From Eubacteriales bacterium (GTDB taxonomy: Bacteria > Bacillota > Clostridia > Oscillospirales > CAG-272), in NCBI GenBank assembly GCA_045129415.1, contig JBGVJM010000050.1, positions 1 through 43,502 of the forward strand: 43,502 nt of DNA, written 5' to 3'. Positions 43,421 through 43,502 of the stretch are shown here, piece after piece. The notes under the pieces are model-generated. The model was not told the DNA's origin. It worked only from the letters and a program-made list of their open reading frames with translations, and made no database searches. The position numbers and the translations under genes were made by a program. How positions within the stretch are numbered: the first letter of the stretch is position 1; every line of letters begins with the position of its first letter.

Positions 43421-43502
43421 TTATATTTCATCAAAAAGATTTATTACCTCGCGTCCCGATTTGAGCGCATAGGCTACGGTATACGCCGTACCGCCTCCGT
43501 TG
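43421..43502 (-). CDS. The 3' end of an unidentified CDS that enters from the right window edge
   Basis: The minus frame reads ...NGGGTAYTVAYALKSGREVINLFDEI-stop and ends just before the shared terminator. It is too short to assign. Confidence 0.4.
   Translation of the reverse strand, partial: NGGGTAYTVAYALKSGREVINLFDEI

Noticed and set aside
1-43502. I searched for mobile elements, a prophage, defence islands and RNA genes.
   Set aside because: I saw no transposase, integrase or recombinase motifs, no long inverted or direct terminal repeats, no tRNA-like or rRNA-like stretches and no obvious compositional break. Apart from the solitary mazF, nothing resembles a known defence module.

Overview
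This is a 43.5-kb chromosomal segment that looks like an endospore-forming Clostridia-class Bacillota genome. It is densely coding and mostly housekeeping. I found no rRNA, tRNA, CRISPR array, transposase, integrase or phage genes. The right two-thirds (about 17.4-35.9 kb, + strand) is a translation and cell-cycle block: ychF, trmB, truB, cysS, then yicC-remA-rpoZ-priA-def-fmt-rsmB-rlmN-PASTA-rsgA-thiN-spoVM. That last run keeps the Bacillus subtilis yloC-to-spoVM gene order, but several genes are missing cleanly. The left third (about 3-14.7 kb) is envelope and glycerophosphate themed. It holds a PgsA-like transferase, an acyl-ACP thioesterase, a translationally coupled MFS transporter and membrane GDPD, a solitary MazF toxin, an LtaS-like enzyme, a single ORF fusing a YidC/Oxa1 insertase to a TagF-type CDP-glycerol glycerophosphotransferase, small secreted or lipoproteins, and a stand-alone ACP. 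The most unusual items are: (1) the YidC-TagF fusion and its three-gene operon; (2) a PASTA-repeat protein at the prkC position with no kinase domain and no stp phosphatase; (3) a 153-aa acidic protein next to efp carrying a (Cys-Asp)n tract of about 15 cysteines, encoded by a hexanucleotide repeat, plus a zinc ribbon; (4) an intact MazF/EndoA toxin with no antitoxin ORF; (5) an orphan OmpR-type regulator separated from htrA by a strong hairpin; (6) a 31-codon spoVM ORF that is below the ORF-track cutoff. All calls rest on motif recognition and reading the sequence by eye. No database searches were run.
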